A stretch of DNA of 63,081 bases, filler included, from Nemertoderma westbladi (lineage: Eukaryota; Animalia; Xenacoelomorpha), in NCBI GenBank assembly GCA_032718475.1. It is 3 parts of 3 records of this genome, joined end to end, with 100 filler letters (N's around TTAATTAATTAA, not from the genome) between each part and the next. Parts side by side here need not be neighbours in the genome. Positions count along the whole stretch, not along the records: positions 41,672 to 63,081 come from JAUCBJ010000222.1; 2 more parts are not named here. One strand, written 5' to 3'. How positions within the stretch are numbered: position 1 is the first letter of the stretch; every line of letters starts with the position of its first letter. Of the stretch, positions 51,001-63,081 are shown piece after piece. The translations under genes were made by a program, and so were the position numbers. Under the pieces are notes generated by a model that saw only the letters and a program-made list of their open reading frames with translations, did not search any database and was not told where the DNA came from.

Positions 51001-54000
51001 ATGGGTGATCTTCCACAGTAAACCCTTCCACTCTGTTTCCCGAGGAATGCCTGTTCACCACCATGGGTGATCTTCCACAGTAAACCCTTCCACTCTGTTT
51101 CCTAAAGGAATGCCTGTTCACCACCATGGGTGATCTTCCACAGTAAACCCTTCCACTCTGTTTCCTAAAGGAATGCCTGTTCACCACCATGGTGATCTTC
51201 CACAGTAAACCCTTCCACTCTGTTTCCTAAAGGAATCCCTGTTCACGACCATGGGTGATCTTCCACAGTAAACCCTTCCACTCTATCTCCTAAAGGAATG
51301 CCTGTTCACCACCACGGGTGATCTACCACAGTAAACCCTTCCACTCTGTTTCCTAAAGGAATGCCTGTTCACCACCATGGGTGATCTTCCACAGTAAACC
51401 CTTCCACTCTGTTTCCTAAAGGAATTCCTGTTCACCACCATGGGTGATCTTCCACAGTAAATACTTCCACTCTGTTCCCTAAAGGAATGCTTGTTCACCA
51501 CTATGGGTGATCTTCCACAGTAAACCCTTCCACTATGTTTCCTAAAGGAATGCCTGTTCACCTACTACTACTACTACTACTAGGATCGGCATGCTGCATT
51601 GCAGCTGCATTTTTAAGAATGCTGTGCCGGCTTGTCAACAAAATTGCACCGCCACAACTCCCTATCACCCATGACATTTGCTAGATCATCCGCATCTTTA
51701 AGGCCAGTGTCCTTTAAGATGCGTCTCAAGAAAGTCATGGGCTGTCCGCCATGCTTATTCACTCCATGAGGCTGCCAAAGTACAAGATTATGCACTGGCT
51801 GGTCCTCACGGCGAAAGCAATGTCCTGCAAAGCGGAGGCGATTTTGTTCTAGTGTCAAGCTTGGGGGAACCAATGAGACACCTCCAATGTTATATAGTGT
51901 CTGGTTGGAGATGTGTGCATTGTACTTGACACAATGAACCCGGCGTAGCATTCTTGTGAATGTGCCATCCAGAGATTTGGTGTCCTCAGCAGTTAGAGCC
52001 CAGCATGGACTCCCATATAGGAGTACTGGAACTACTGCTGCTCTAAATAATCGGACCTTAAGTTTCCGATTAATTATCGGTGACTTCCAAATCCTGGAAA
52101 GCCTGTTCACCACTATGGGTGATCTTCCACAATAAACCCTTCTTAGTGAAGGAGGAAAGCCTGAGCTATGAGCATGGCCAACAGTGCTACTGTTACTATG
52201 GATCGAACCAAGGCTTCCTGATAGGAAGCCCAGAAATGTCACAAAGATAGAGAGATACTATCCGTAGATCCCGTCACACTATTCTATAATAGAAATATCA
52301 TAATACCATAATTAATAATATCATAATATAATAAAGTCTAAATATAGACTATAGCGGCTGTTTTACACGATTGATTTACCTGTTGATAAAGAGTGTAGCC
52401 TTTGATTGTACTTCCACCAGTGTCTTGCGCCATCCAGCGCACGGTAATGGAATTGTTTGTGGTACTTTCAACCATCAACTTAGGTGGACTAGGTGGCGCT
52501 GCAGAGAGGAAAACACAAATGAGAACAATTTCACACATAACGCATATGAAAAGTTCTAGAATGATTAAAGCCAAAGTAGACGAACTGAGATACTATGAAA
52601 AATTGTAAAATATCAAAATTATGAAAAAAAAACTCACAGATAGGAGTTTGCTAACCTTGGACTTTGAGTTGTATGAGTATGGAATCCTGTCCCAACTCGT
52701 TTTTAACTTCGCATTGGTACTCGCCAGCGTCCATGCTGTGGGCCGACTTTATCAGGATGGTGCCGTTCGCGTATTTATTAACGCGATCGTCCGTCATTAC
52801 CTCGTATTTCTCCGTGTCTCTGTGAATAATTAATAATTATTGTGCCGAAATCCTGTTTAATGTGATACTACATTGCCTAATCATCTTAATACGTAATACA
52901 ATTTTAATATAATTCCAATAGTTAATTTGAACAGTAAAAAAAAATTTGAATAATTAAATAACAAAAAGTTTGATTAACTAATAAAGTAAGTAACGTGTCT
53001 CAGAATAAAGTGTCTCAGAAATACCAACTAACCCATTCGGTAGCCTCTTAACCCGATACCACATGGGTGTCTTTGAATAACCCACGGCGTTGCATTGTAT
53101 AGCCACCTTCTCGCGCCAATGAGTGGTTATAACATCATTGAATGAATATATCCTCGGCTTTATTTCACTGGGTATTTTCACATTGAGACTCTCCGAGGGC
53201 GACCCTTGCCCTACCGCCGTATAGGCCACAACCTGTACGTTATACGACGCCCCCTTGCGGAGGGCGGCGTATTCATAGTATCGTTTACTCGGGGAAATAT
53301 CTACTTTAACAGGTATAAATTTATGGTCGTCCTAGAAATAAAACGAAATTAAGTGTAAATCATTCACGATAAATAAATAGCGAAGTTATAAATAGTATAA
53401 AAAAATGTAGGTACGTTAAACTTGGAACTCCAGAGAAAACTTATCTCTTGGCAACTACCTGTAAGGCTGGACTAATGAGATTATCATATGCAAGTATGTA
53501 TATCATGGAAAAAAAGTAAATCAATAATAAATAAGACGTTCAGTAGAAGGAGAATGTAAGATTAGTAAAAAATAGTTTGTTTTCCTGTTATTTTGATTCC
53601 TGTTGTTTTTCCCCAGACATCAAGTTACTTAGCAACGGGGTAGGCGATCGTATTATTATCAATAACTTACGTATGTAGTTTTAAAGAATAAAGTTTCTAT
53701 TCACCAAAGTTTAAATGTTTAATTTAATTAATTAACTAACCACGCTGCCAGTGGCATCTTTCAATGTAACTTCGTAATTAGTAACAATTCCGTTTGGGTG
53801 ACTGGGAGGTAACCAGGACACTAATAGAGTAGACTCGTTTTTGGGTAACACCTTGACTTCTCTTGGCGGGCCTGGAACTATAGCAGAAACATTATAATGT
53901 ATATTAAACTGAAACCATGAAAACATAATAAAACTTATACGGTGTTTAATATATCATTATTATTCATTAATATTTCATCTAATAATAATTAAAATGGGAG

Positions 54001-57000
54001 AAAAAAAGATTAAAATCCACCAAGGTTCCACCTTGGTGTAGTGGTTGCATTGAATTCACATCTCCTGTAGGTCGTGGGTTCGATCCTCACATGGGCCAGG
54101 GCAGTTTTCGTTTCGGCACGAATGGTTTGAAGGGGCCAGCCAGGGCGCATCTCTGCCTTGCATCCTTAAGTGGTAGCTAAATGAGTACTAGAGTTTCCTC
54201 TGGGGAGTAAAGTTCTGGGGGGACCGCACTGGAAATAAGTCATCAGACTTTGTGCGTAATCCCTGGCCAAGCGGCCGAAGAAAATTTACTTTTTTTTTTA
54301 CTTTTTTAAAGTAAAATGATTGGCAGTTAATGACCACAGTCTGGTACCTGTTAGGCATAATTTATAGTTAATAGGAAACAAATTATATTTAACAATCTTT
54401 GCGAATAATTACTGTTCACTAACCTCCTTCCATAGTGCGAGTATATTTTGGTACGGAAGCCACCCCATTGCCCTTTACCGTGTAGGCCAACACACTAATA
54501 GAGTAGTTTGTGTAGGTCATTAAACCATGAATGTCACCGCTAGTCTTGTCACTGTCTACAGCCAACTCTTGCCAGTCTTTCCCACCTAAAATTTTAAACT
54601 TATATATTTACATAATAAAGTCTTATTGTATCATGTATATTAATTATTGGTGTGTTAACTACAATAACTTCCACTCACATAACCAACCCCCAAAAAATAT
54701 TCGCAAATACAACCACAAGTAATTATTATATATATTTTATCTTAATAATACAATATGTGTCTCTTAAATAAATATATCCACTGGCCTGGAAGGAGTGGAT
54801 ATTTTCTTATCATATATAAATCTGCATATGTATTTTTAAAAAACAACCTTATGTAAAGAACTCAAACTATAAAATTATTTATTTTTATTTGTTTCCAAGT
54901 GGTATTGTAACTATATATATATATATATACCAGTACTAAACTCAGGGTTTGTTACCTATATATATACCGGTACTAAACTCAAGGTTTGTTACCTATATAT
55001 ATACCGGTACTAAACTCAGGGTTTGTTACCTATATATATACCGGTACTAAACTCAGGGTTTGTTACCTATATATATACCGGTACTAAACTCAGGGTTTGT
55101 TACCTATATATATATACCGGTACTAAACTTAGGATTTGTTACCTATATATATACCGGTACTAAACTCAGGGTTTGTTACCTATATATATATATACCGGTA
55201 CTAAAATCAGGGTTTGTTACCTATATATATATACCGGTACAAAACTCAGGGTTTGTTACCTATATATATATACCGGTAATAAACTCAGGGTTTGTTACCT
55301 ATATATATATATACCGGTACTAAACTCAGGGTTTGTTACCTATATATATATACCGGTACTAAACTCAGGGTTTGTTACCTATATATATATATACAGGTAC
55401 TAAACTCAGGGTTTGTTACCTATATATATATACCGGTAATAAACTCAGGGTTTGTTACCTATATATATATATACCGGTACTAAACTCAGGGTTTGTTACC
55501 TATATATATATACCGGTACTAAACTCAGGGTTTGTTACCTATATATATATATACCGGTACTAAACTCAGGGTTTGTTACCTATATATATACCGGTACTAA
55601 ACTCAGGGTTTGTTACCTATATATATACCGGTACTAAACTCAGGGTTTGTTACCTATATATATATATACCGGTACTAAACTCAGGGTTTGTTACCTATAT
55701 ATATACCGGTACTAAACTCAGGGTTTGTTACCTATATATATACCGGTACTAAACTCAGGGTTTGTTACCTATATATATACCGGTACTAAACTCAAGGTTT
55801 GTTACCTATATATATACCGGTACTAAACTCAGGGTTTGTTACCTATATATATACCGGTACTAAACTCAAGGTTTGTTACCTATATATATACCGGTACTAA
55901 ACTCAGGGTTTGTTACCTATATATATACCGGTACTAAACTCAGGGTTTGTTACCTATATATATACCGGTACTAAACTCAGGGTTTGTTACATATATATAT
56001 ACCGGTAATAAACTCAGGGTTTGTTACCTATATATATATACCGGTACTAAACTCAGGGTTTGTTACCTATATATATACCGGTACTAAACTCAGGGGTTGT
56101 GGGGCGAGCCACGAAGTTGGCGGAGCCTTAGCGAATTGACACTGTTAGGGGGTGGGTCAATTTATGCAAATAGTTGTCGTCGTCGTCGTCGTCGTCGTTG
56201 TCGTCGTCGTCGTTGTCGTCGTCGTCGTTGTCGTCGTCGTTACGATTTTGACATGCTAATAACTTTGTCGGATTTAAAGCTGCCAAGTTGAAAATTTGTA
56301 GGTATCAATATGAGCAAAAGTTGAGATTTTTGAGAGACTTTCAGACACCATCAGTGCAATGGTCTCCCGCTAGAGGGCCACATGTCTAAACATTAAATGG
56401 CCACCCATTTCTTTGCTTTTAATCCGTTTAAGCTGAAACTTGGGAAGTATGTACTAGACCATTAGCTGTAAATTTCAAAGGAGGCTAATCTGTCTGCAGT
56501 TCTCCAGTCTGCCGCTAGAGGGCGAAATGTCCCGAATGTGAAATTATTCTTCCATTTAGTTGTTTATGATCTGATTACGCTGAAACTTGTCATATATGTA
56601 CTAGATGACATCCTGAGTCTTTGTGTGGATTGTAATCGGTCCGAAGTTTTCCAGTCTCCCGCTAGAGGGCCACATGTCTAAACATTAAATGGCCACCCAT
56701 TTCTTTGCTTTTAATCCGTTTAAGCTGAAACTTGGGAAGTATGTACTAGACCATTAGCTGTAAATTTCAAAGGAGGCTAATCTGTCTGCAGTTCTCCAGT
56801 CTGCCGCTAGAGGGCGAAATGTCCCGAATGTGAAATTATTCTTCCATTTAGTTGTTTATGATCTGATTACGCTGAAACTTGTCATATATGTACTAGAAGA
56901 CATCCTAAGTCTTTGTGTGGACAGTAATCGGTCCGGAGTTTTCGAGTCTGCCGCTAGAGGGCGAAATGTAGGAAAGTGATAACCTTTGCGAATTCCTTGA

Positions 57001-60000
57001 TCTTAATCTATTTAAGCTGAATTTTGGAATATACAGTACCGGTATGTACTAGACCACATGCCTCGTCTTTGTGAGGAAGGTGATCGATCCGTAGTTCTTT
57101 AATATGCCGCTAGAGGGCTAAATGTATGAAAGTGAAAACCTTCCAACATTTCGTTATTTATGATCCGTCAATCGGAAACTTGGTAGATATGTAATAGACC
57201 ATAGGATGTGGCTTTGTAGGGAAACTAATCCTTCCTTCTTCAGTTACCCAGTCTCCCGCTAGAGGGTTAACGTTTTCCGGGAAAATCTTCTCCTATGTTT
57301 TTATAATCCTTTCGAGTTGATACTTAGCATTAACTCATTTCACGTGCTGCGCGAAGGCCCCACTTCGTGTTACCTATATATCCACCAAACTTTAAGTGTT
57401 TCTGTAATGTTTTGTTTTTGTATATTTCTTTCAGTAGTGGAAATTTTGGCGTTAATTAAAAACTTAATTGAATAGAAAGTATTATTATTTGTTTAAGTCC
57501 CAGCTTTGTATATTTACTATAGGAATTTTTTCGAAGGGTCTTATACACGAATGATATAAATTTTACCGAAAATAACTTTCATTTTTATAGAAAACAAAAT
57601 CACGCAGAAGTTTCAAACTTACTGGGTCTTATATTCTTAAAACTAACTAACAACTTCATAATAAAATTATATAAAATCAGCTTTGTAAGTGAATCTGATT
57701 TGTAACCAACCTTCCTCCTCTGGGACACTCCGGTAAAGGATCCTGTATCCCTTTAGGATCCCGTTGAGACTTCGCGGTATCGTCCAGGTAACCGTAATGA
57801 GGTCCTGCGCCTTAGACCAGAGCCGCATGTCTCCTGGGGGTTCGCTGGGAACTAGACGAGGGATAAGTAATAGTTCGGTAAAATATTAAAAGAGAGATCA
57901 AATATCTACTACTACTAGGATCGGCATGCTGCATTGCAGCTGCATTTTTAAAAATGCTGTGCCGGCTTGTCGATAAAATTGCGCCGCCACAACTCCCTAT
58001 CACCCATGACATTTGCTAGATCATCTGCATCTTTAAGGCCAGTGTCCTTTAAGATGCGTCTCAAGAAAGTCATGGACTGTCCACCATGCTTATTCACTCC
58101 ATGAGGCTGCCAAAGTACAAGATTATGCACTGGCTGGTCCTCAAGGCGAAATCAATGTCCTGCAAAGCGGAAGCGGCTCTGCGGATTGGAATTTGATCAA
58201 ATGTCAACCATTCCCAACACAAATTATTCGTCTACGGAAAATTATCGCTTGGCTATTTCGCATACAATATATATAAACAAATCGCATTACATTAAGAAAA
58301 AAGTGGTTTATTAAATTCGATTGTTTACGAATTTTACTATTATTGGTACTGCCAGTAACCATGGTAACTAACCATCCTCGTCGGTTTTTATCTGAATCAA
58401 GGGGGAATCCGGGCCCCTACCGGCGGCGTTGTTAGCCTGGACTACAATGTCGTAGAGAGTGAACTTATTGAGGTTGTTGAGAGTGTAGACAAAGTCCTCG
58501 ACCAATGTGGACGGGGGTGAGTCATAGAATAGGAATGTGAAGGGTTCGGAATCATTGTGCACCTAATAACCAAACAATTACTATAAACGGAACCAAATAA
58601 CCTATATCTTACGACTTCAATAACAATTAATAAATTAAATGAAATTGCCAATTTTTCTTAAATTATAAATATCGACATTATTACAAATACAAAAAATTAA
58701 AATCGTTTTTTTGAGGAGAAAACTGTTTACTTGCAATAAACCGCGTTTAATACCGTAAGGTTTGCCATATGGGACTAACTCACCTTATATCCAATGTAGT
58801 AGCCAGACAGTGGTCCGTTCCATTCAGTACTGAGCGGTGCTTCCCAAGAGACCTCTATGGACTGCGACCCTATAGACTCCGCCTTCACATTCCTGAAAAA
58901 ACAAGGGCCAATTGTATTCCGCGCTCCGTCACTCGTCCGCGCTCATTACTGACTGTCCCTCGTCCGCGCTCATTACTGACTGTCCCTCGTCCGCGCTCAT
59001 TACTGACAGTCACTCGTCCCCGCTCATTACTGACTGTCACTCGTCCCCGCTCATTACTGACTGTCACTCGTCCGCGCTCATTACTGACTGTCACTCGTAC
59101 GCGCTCATTACCGACTGTCACTCGTCCGCGCTCATTACTGACTGTCACTCGTCCGCGCTCATTACTGACTGTCACTCGTCCGCGCTCATTACTGACTGTC
59201 ACTCGTCCGCGCTCATTACTGACTGTCACTCGTCCGCGCTCATTACTGACAGTCACTCGTCCGCGCTCATTACTGACTGTCACTCGTCCGCGCACATTAC
59301 TGACTGTCACTCGTCCGCGCTCATTACTGACTGTCACTCGTCCGCGCTCATTACTGACTGTCACTCGTCCGCGCACATTACTGACTGTCACTCGTCCGCG
59401 CTCATTACTGACTGTCACTCGTCCGCGCTCATTACTGACTGTCCCTCGTCCGCGCTCATTACTGACTGTCACTCGTCCGCGCTCATTACTGACTGTCCCT
59501 CGTCCGCGCTCATTACTGACTGTCACTCGTCCGCGCTCATTACTGACTGTCACTCGTCCGCGCACATTACTGACTGTCACTCGTCCGCGCTCATTACTGA
59601 CTGCCACTCGTCCGCGCTCATTACTGACTGTCACTCGTCCGCGCTCATTACTGACTGTCACTCGTCCGCGCTCATTACTGACTGTCACTCGTCCGCGCTC
59701 ATTACTGACTGTCACTCGTCCGCGCTCATTACTGACTGTCACTCGTCCGCGCTCATTACTGACTGTCACTCGTCCGCGCTCATTACTGACTGTCACTCGT
59801 CCGCGCTCATTACTGACTGTCACTCGTACGCGCTCATTACTGACTGTCACTCGTCCGCGCTCATTACTGACTGTCACTCGTCCGCGCACATTACTGACTG
59901 TCACTCGTCCGCGCTCATTACTGACTGTCCCTCGTCCGCGCTCATTACTGACTGTCACTCGTCCGCGCTCATTACTGACTGTCACTCGTCCGCGCACATT

Positions 60001-62491
60001 ACTGACTGTCACTCGTCCGCGCTCATTACTGACTGCCACTCGTCCGCGCTCATTACTGACTGTCACTCGTCCGCGCTCATTACTGACTGTCACTCGTCCG
60101 CGCTCATTACTGACTGTCACTCGTCCGCGCTCATTACTGACTGTCACTCGTCCGCGCTCATTACTGACTGTCACTCGTCCGCGCTCATTACTGACTGTCA
60201 CTCGTCCGCGCTCATTACTGACTGTCACTCGTCCGCGCTCATTACTGACTGTCACTCGTCCGCGCTCATTACTGACTGTCACTCGTACGCGCTCATTACT
60301 GACTGTCACTCGTCCGCGCTCATTACTGACTGTCACTCGTACGCGCTCATTACCGACTGTCACTCGTCCGCGCTCATTACTGACTGTCACTCGTCCGCGC
60401 TCCCGCTCATTACTGACTGTCACTCGTCCGCGCTCATTACTGACTGTCACTCGTCCGCGCTCATTACTGACTGTCACTCGTCCGCGCTCATTACTGACTG
60501 TCACTCGTCCGCGCTCATTACTGACTGTCACTCGTCCGCGCTCATTACTGACTGTCACTCGTCCGCGCTCCGTCACTCGTCCGCGCTCATTACTGACTGT
60601 CACTCGTCCGCGCTCATTACTGACTGTCACTCGTCCGCGCACATTACTGACTGTCACTCGTCCGCGCTCATTACTGACTGTCACTCGTCCGCGCTCATTA
60701 CTGACTGTCACTCGTCCGCGCTCATTACTGACTGTCACTCGTCCGCGCTCCGTCACTCGTCCGCGCTCATTACCGACTGTCACTCGTCCGCGCTCATTAC
60801 TGACTGTCACTCGTCCGCGCACATTACTGACTGTCACTCGTCCGCGCTCATTACTGACTGTCACTCGTCCGCGCTCATTACTGACTGTCACTCGTCCGCG
60901 CTCATTACTGACTGTCACTCGTCCGCGCTCATTACTGACTGTCACTCGTCCGCGCTCATTACTGACTGTCACTCGTCCGCGCTCCGTCACTCGTCCGCGC
61001 TCATTACCGACTGTCACTCGTCCGCGCTCATTACTGACTGTCACTCGTCCGCGCACATTACTGACTGTCACTCGTCCGCGCACATTACTGACTGTCACTC
61101 GTCCGCGCTCATTACTGACTGTCACTCGTCCGCGCTCATTACCGACTGTCACTCGTCCGCGCTCATTACTGACTGTCACTTGGTTGCTATAGAATACCCT
61201 ATTATACCCATTCGGTTGGTAGACCTACTTACCTGGGCGGACCGCTTGGTTTCTCGGGTTCGGTCTCCCCAGTAACGTCAGCTGTTGGCAGACTGTCCCC
61301 CAGACTGTTTACCGCAATAACTCTAACCGTGTAGGGTCTGGAAGGATGTAAGACGGCGCCGAACCCAGCCTCCCCAATAACAACCTCCGTAAGATTAGGA
61401 GACACTTTAACCGAAGCCGGTTCGGTTGGCCACGGTACTAAAAGCAATGAGAAAAACCAACAATTTATTATTACCTATAACTATGTAGTGATTATGAGAA
61501 ACTTTGGTGCACATGACTCTAGATTATTAATTGTTAATTCAATTGGTATTTATGGGTAAATCAATTGTTTTAAAATCGTTTTAAACATCTTCCTGTATTA
61601 TAGTTCTGACCATTTGTTGACTACAAAATAGCATTCGACTCCATTCATAGAGGTAATAATACTGGAAATCCTAAGAGCTTATGGAATACCAGAAGTAATT
61701 GTTGCTGGCATTGGATTGTTATATTGTGACACAGAAGCTCAGGTACTCTCACCAGATGGTGAAACTGAGTTTTTCTCAATCCTGGCTGGCGTACTGCAAG
61801 GTGACACATTAGCACCATTACTATTTGTAATTGTGCTGGATTACGCAATGAGGACGGCCACAAAGGGTGAAGACCTGGGATTCACACTTCAAGAACGCAG
61901 AAGTAGTAGATATCCGGCAACTACAGTCACAGACACCGACTTTGCGGATGACATCGCCCTGCTCTCTAATACGCTAGCAGATGCACAGCTTCTACTAAAT
62001 AAAGTGGAGAGGGCTGCTAAGAAGGTTGGATTGCATATAAACGCTACAAAGACCGAATTCATGACCTTTAATGTTGATGGAAACTTGACAACCATTGATA
62101 ATAATCAACTAAGGAAGGTCGATGACTTCCAGTACCTTGGATCATGGATAGAGAGTAGCAAAAAGGACATAGAAGTTAGGAAAGCAAAGACTTGGGTAGC
62201 TCTCTACTGTTCCTTAGTAATATTTACGCACCAGTTATTCTTAGTAAAAAAGAAATACTAACCGGTACTATTTTTGTATTCCACAATGTAACGTAGTAGT
62301 TGTTGGTTACCAGGGTAACCCATTTGCCAAGCGACGGTCATGCTCTTAGACTGGGTGGAGGCGATCCTTAGACCCATGGGGGGGTCAGGGACTTCCAGTA
62401 CAAACAGTTCGACGGCCTGTTTGTCGGCACCGTGAGCGTTGCTAGCCTGGCAGTCATAGAACCCAGAATCGTTACGTTGGGCACCGGATAT
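48068..62491 (-). CDS. Dscam: Down syndrome cell adhesion molecule family protein (Ig-FN3x4-Ig-FN3x2-TM), partial
   Basis: Phase-consistent exons 62263-62491, 61233-61437, 58784-58892, 58373-58562, 57711-57851, 54424-54585, 53741-53877, 53033-53331, 52656-52819, 52380-52498, 48858-49157, 48370-48550, 48068-48256. Motifs [81 protein letters not shown]. An Ig between FN4 and FN5 is the Dscam architecture. Confidence 0.92.
49215..52141. repeat. 63-bp minisatellite, ~37 copies to 51562 plus a partial unit beyond an RTE insertion
   Basis: Unit CCACAGTAAACCCTTCCACTCTGTTTCCTAAAGGAATGCCTGTTCACCACCATGGGTGATCTT. Confidence 0.95.
51562..52104 (-). mobile_element. 5'-truncated RTE-like LINE with ~(TAG)7 tail inserted in the 63-bp array
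   Basis: Open frame in ORF 51613-52242; GCCTGTTCACC duplicated at 51552-51562 and 52101-52111. Confidence 0.9.
54030..54307 (+). mobile_element. tRNA-derived SINE, apparently full length
   Basis: A box TGGTGTAGTGG, B box GGTTCGATCCT, central GCCTTGCATCCTT..GGTAGCTAAATGAGTAC block, TTTAC/T-rich tail; 3' part repeated at 22679. Confidence 0.8.
54912..56098. repeat. 38-42-bp minisatellite with variable (TA)n (CCGGTACTAAACTCAGGGTTTGTTACC(TA)n), ~30 copies
   Basis: Directly visible; a residual part-unit TTACCTATATAT follows the insertion at 57370. Confidence 0.93.
56099..57369 (+). mobile_element. Non-autonomous Helentron/HINE (DINE-1/pearl-like) element
   Basis: Subterminal inverted motifs GTGGGGC..CACGAAGT and GCCCCACTTCGTG; (GTC)n microsatellite 56175-56241; ~146-bp internal core repeats; TT on both flanks. 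Confidence 0.68.
57906..58180 (-). mobile_element. Short 3' fragment of the RTE-like LINE with (TAG)n tail
   Basis: ORF 57948-58130; degenerate TSD GATCAAAT(A/G)TC at 57896-57906 and 58195-58205. Confidence 0.87.
58920..61180. repeat. 27-bp minisatellite (CACTCGTCCGCGCTCATTACTGACTGT; 18-bp variants), ~84 copies
   Basis: Fills nearly all of Dscam intron 58893-61232. Confidence 0.95.
61610..62205 (+). mobile_element. Internal RT fragment of an RTE-like LINE (different subfamily from the TAG-tailed copies)
   Basis: [48 protein letters not shown]; peptide diverges from the 745-1164 copy where they overlap. Confidence 0.88.
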
Positions 62492-62659
62492 CTACAAATC
62501 GGAAAAATATAAAAAAAAACTAATAAAATATTCAATTAATATTTGAAGAAAAAACGGTCATCTACGGTCTACGTGGTAGGAAAACCGTCTGTACGTATGT
62601 CAGTCAGCCTCAATGTATGAACTTGATTGACTTCTTATTAGACCCCCGAGTTAGAACGG

Positions 62660-62885
62660 ATCCGCCTCCGCTTTGCAGGACATTGCTTTCGCCGTGAGGA
62701 CCAGCCAGTGCATAATCTTGTACTTTGGCAGCCTCATGGAGTGAATAAGCATGGTGGACAGCCCATGACTTTCTTGAGACGCATCTTAAAGGACACTGGC
62801 CTTGAAGATGCGGATAATCTCGTGGGGAATAGGGAGTTGTGGCAGCGCAATTTCGTCGATAAGCCGGCATAGTATTCTTAATGTA
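62660..62885 (+). mobile_element. Degenerate 3' fragment of the RTE-like LINE
   Basis: Nucleotide match to ~26126-26350 with a deletion. Confidence 0.82.
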
Positions 62886-63081
62886 CAATACAGCATGTCT
62901 ACTATAGATAGTTTGCTATATAGTAGGCAAAGATTATTGGTATCCAGTTAGCAGAATACAGATAGAAAGGTGTAGTTAGTCGGAAAATTAAATGATTATT
63001 TATTCCAGAACGTGAATAGGTTTGAAAGTTCATAACTAACAGATAGAAAATGTTTGTGAATGGAGATTATCTATATCGCCT

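Noticed and set aside
52632-52655. Alternative GTGAGT donor 18 nt downstream of the Dscam Ig exon donor
   Set aside because: Using it would include an in-frame TAG and change phase.
48068-62491. Arthropod-style mutually exclusive Dscam exon clusters, including a second TM exon
   Set aside because: Each domain exon is single-copy in this window; the variable Ig2/3/7 region is upstream, and the downstream region is cut by the linker.

Overview
AT-rich metazoan (invertebrate-like) genomic DNA in three segments (1-22578, 22679-41571, 41672-63081) joined by artificial N-TTAATTAATTAA-N linkers. Manual splicing gives five genes: a complete 4-exon secreted CAP/SCP gene (+), the 3' 14 exons of an NME8/TXNDC3-like thioredoxin-NDK gene (-), 3-4 exons of an unidentified coiled-coil gene (+), the last coding exon of KIFAP3 (-), and 13 exons of a Dscam (Ig-FN3x4-Ig-FN3x2-TM) gene (-). 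Roughly 35 of 63 kb is tandem repeat, with a different minisatellite in almost every long intron. Main observation: five unrelated arrays in three genes are head-to-tail amplifications (about 12 to 215 copies) of the host exon's last 21-43 coding bases plus its own GT donor. These introns consist largely of copies of their own exon/5' splice-site junction. Also present: RTE-like LINE fragments with (TAG)n tails, an RTEX-like RT, tRNA-derived SINEs (one split by a 2.6-kb internal array), a foldback MITE, a HINE-like element and a BEL/Pao remnant. Long ORFs inside the arrays are artefacts. Copy numbers are span/unit estimates; family names come from motif recognition, not database searches.
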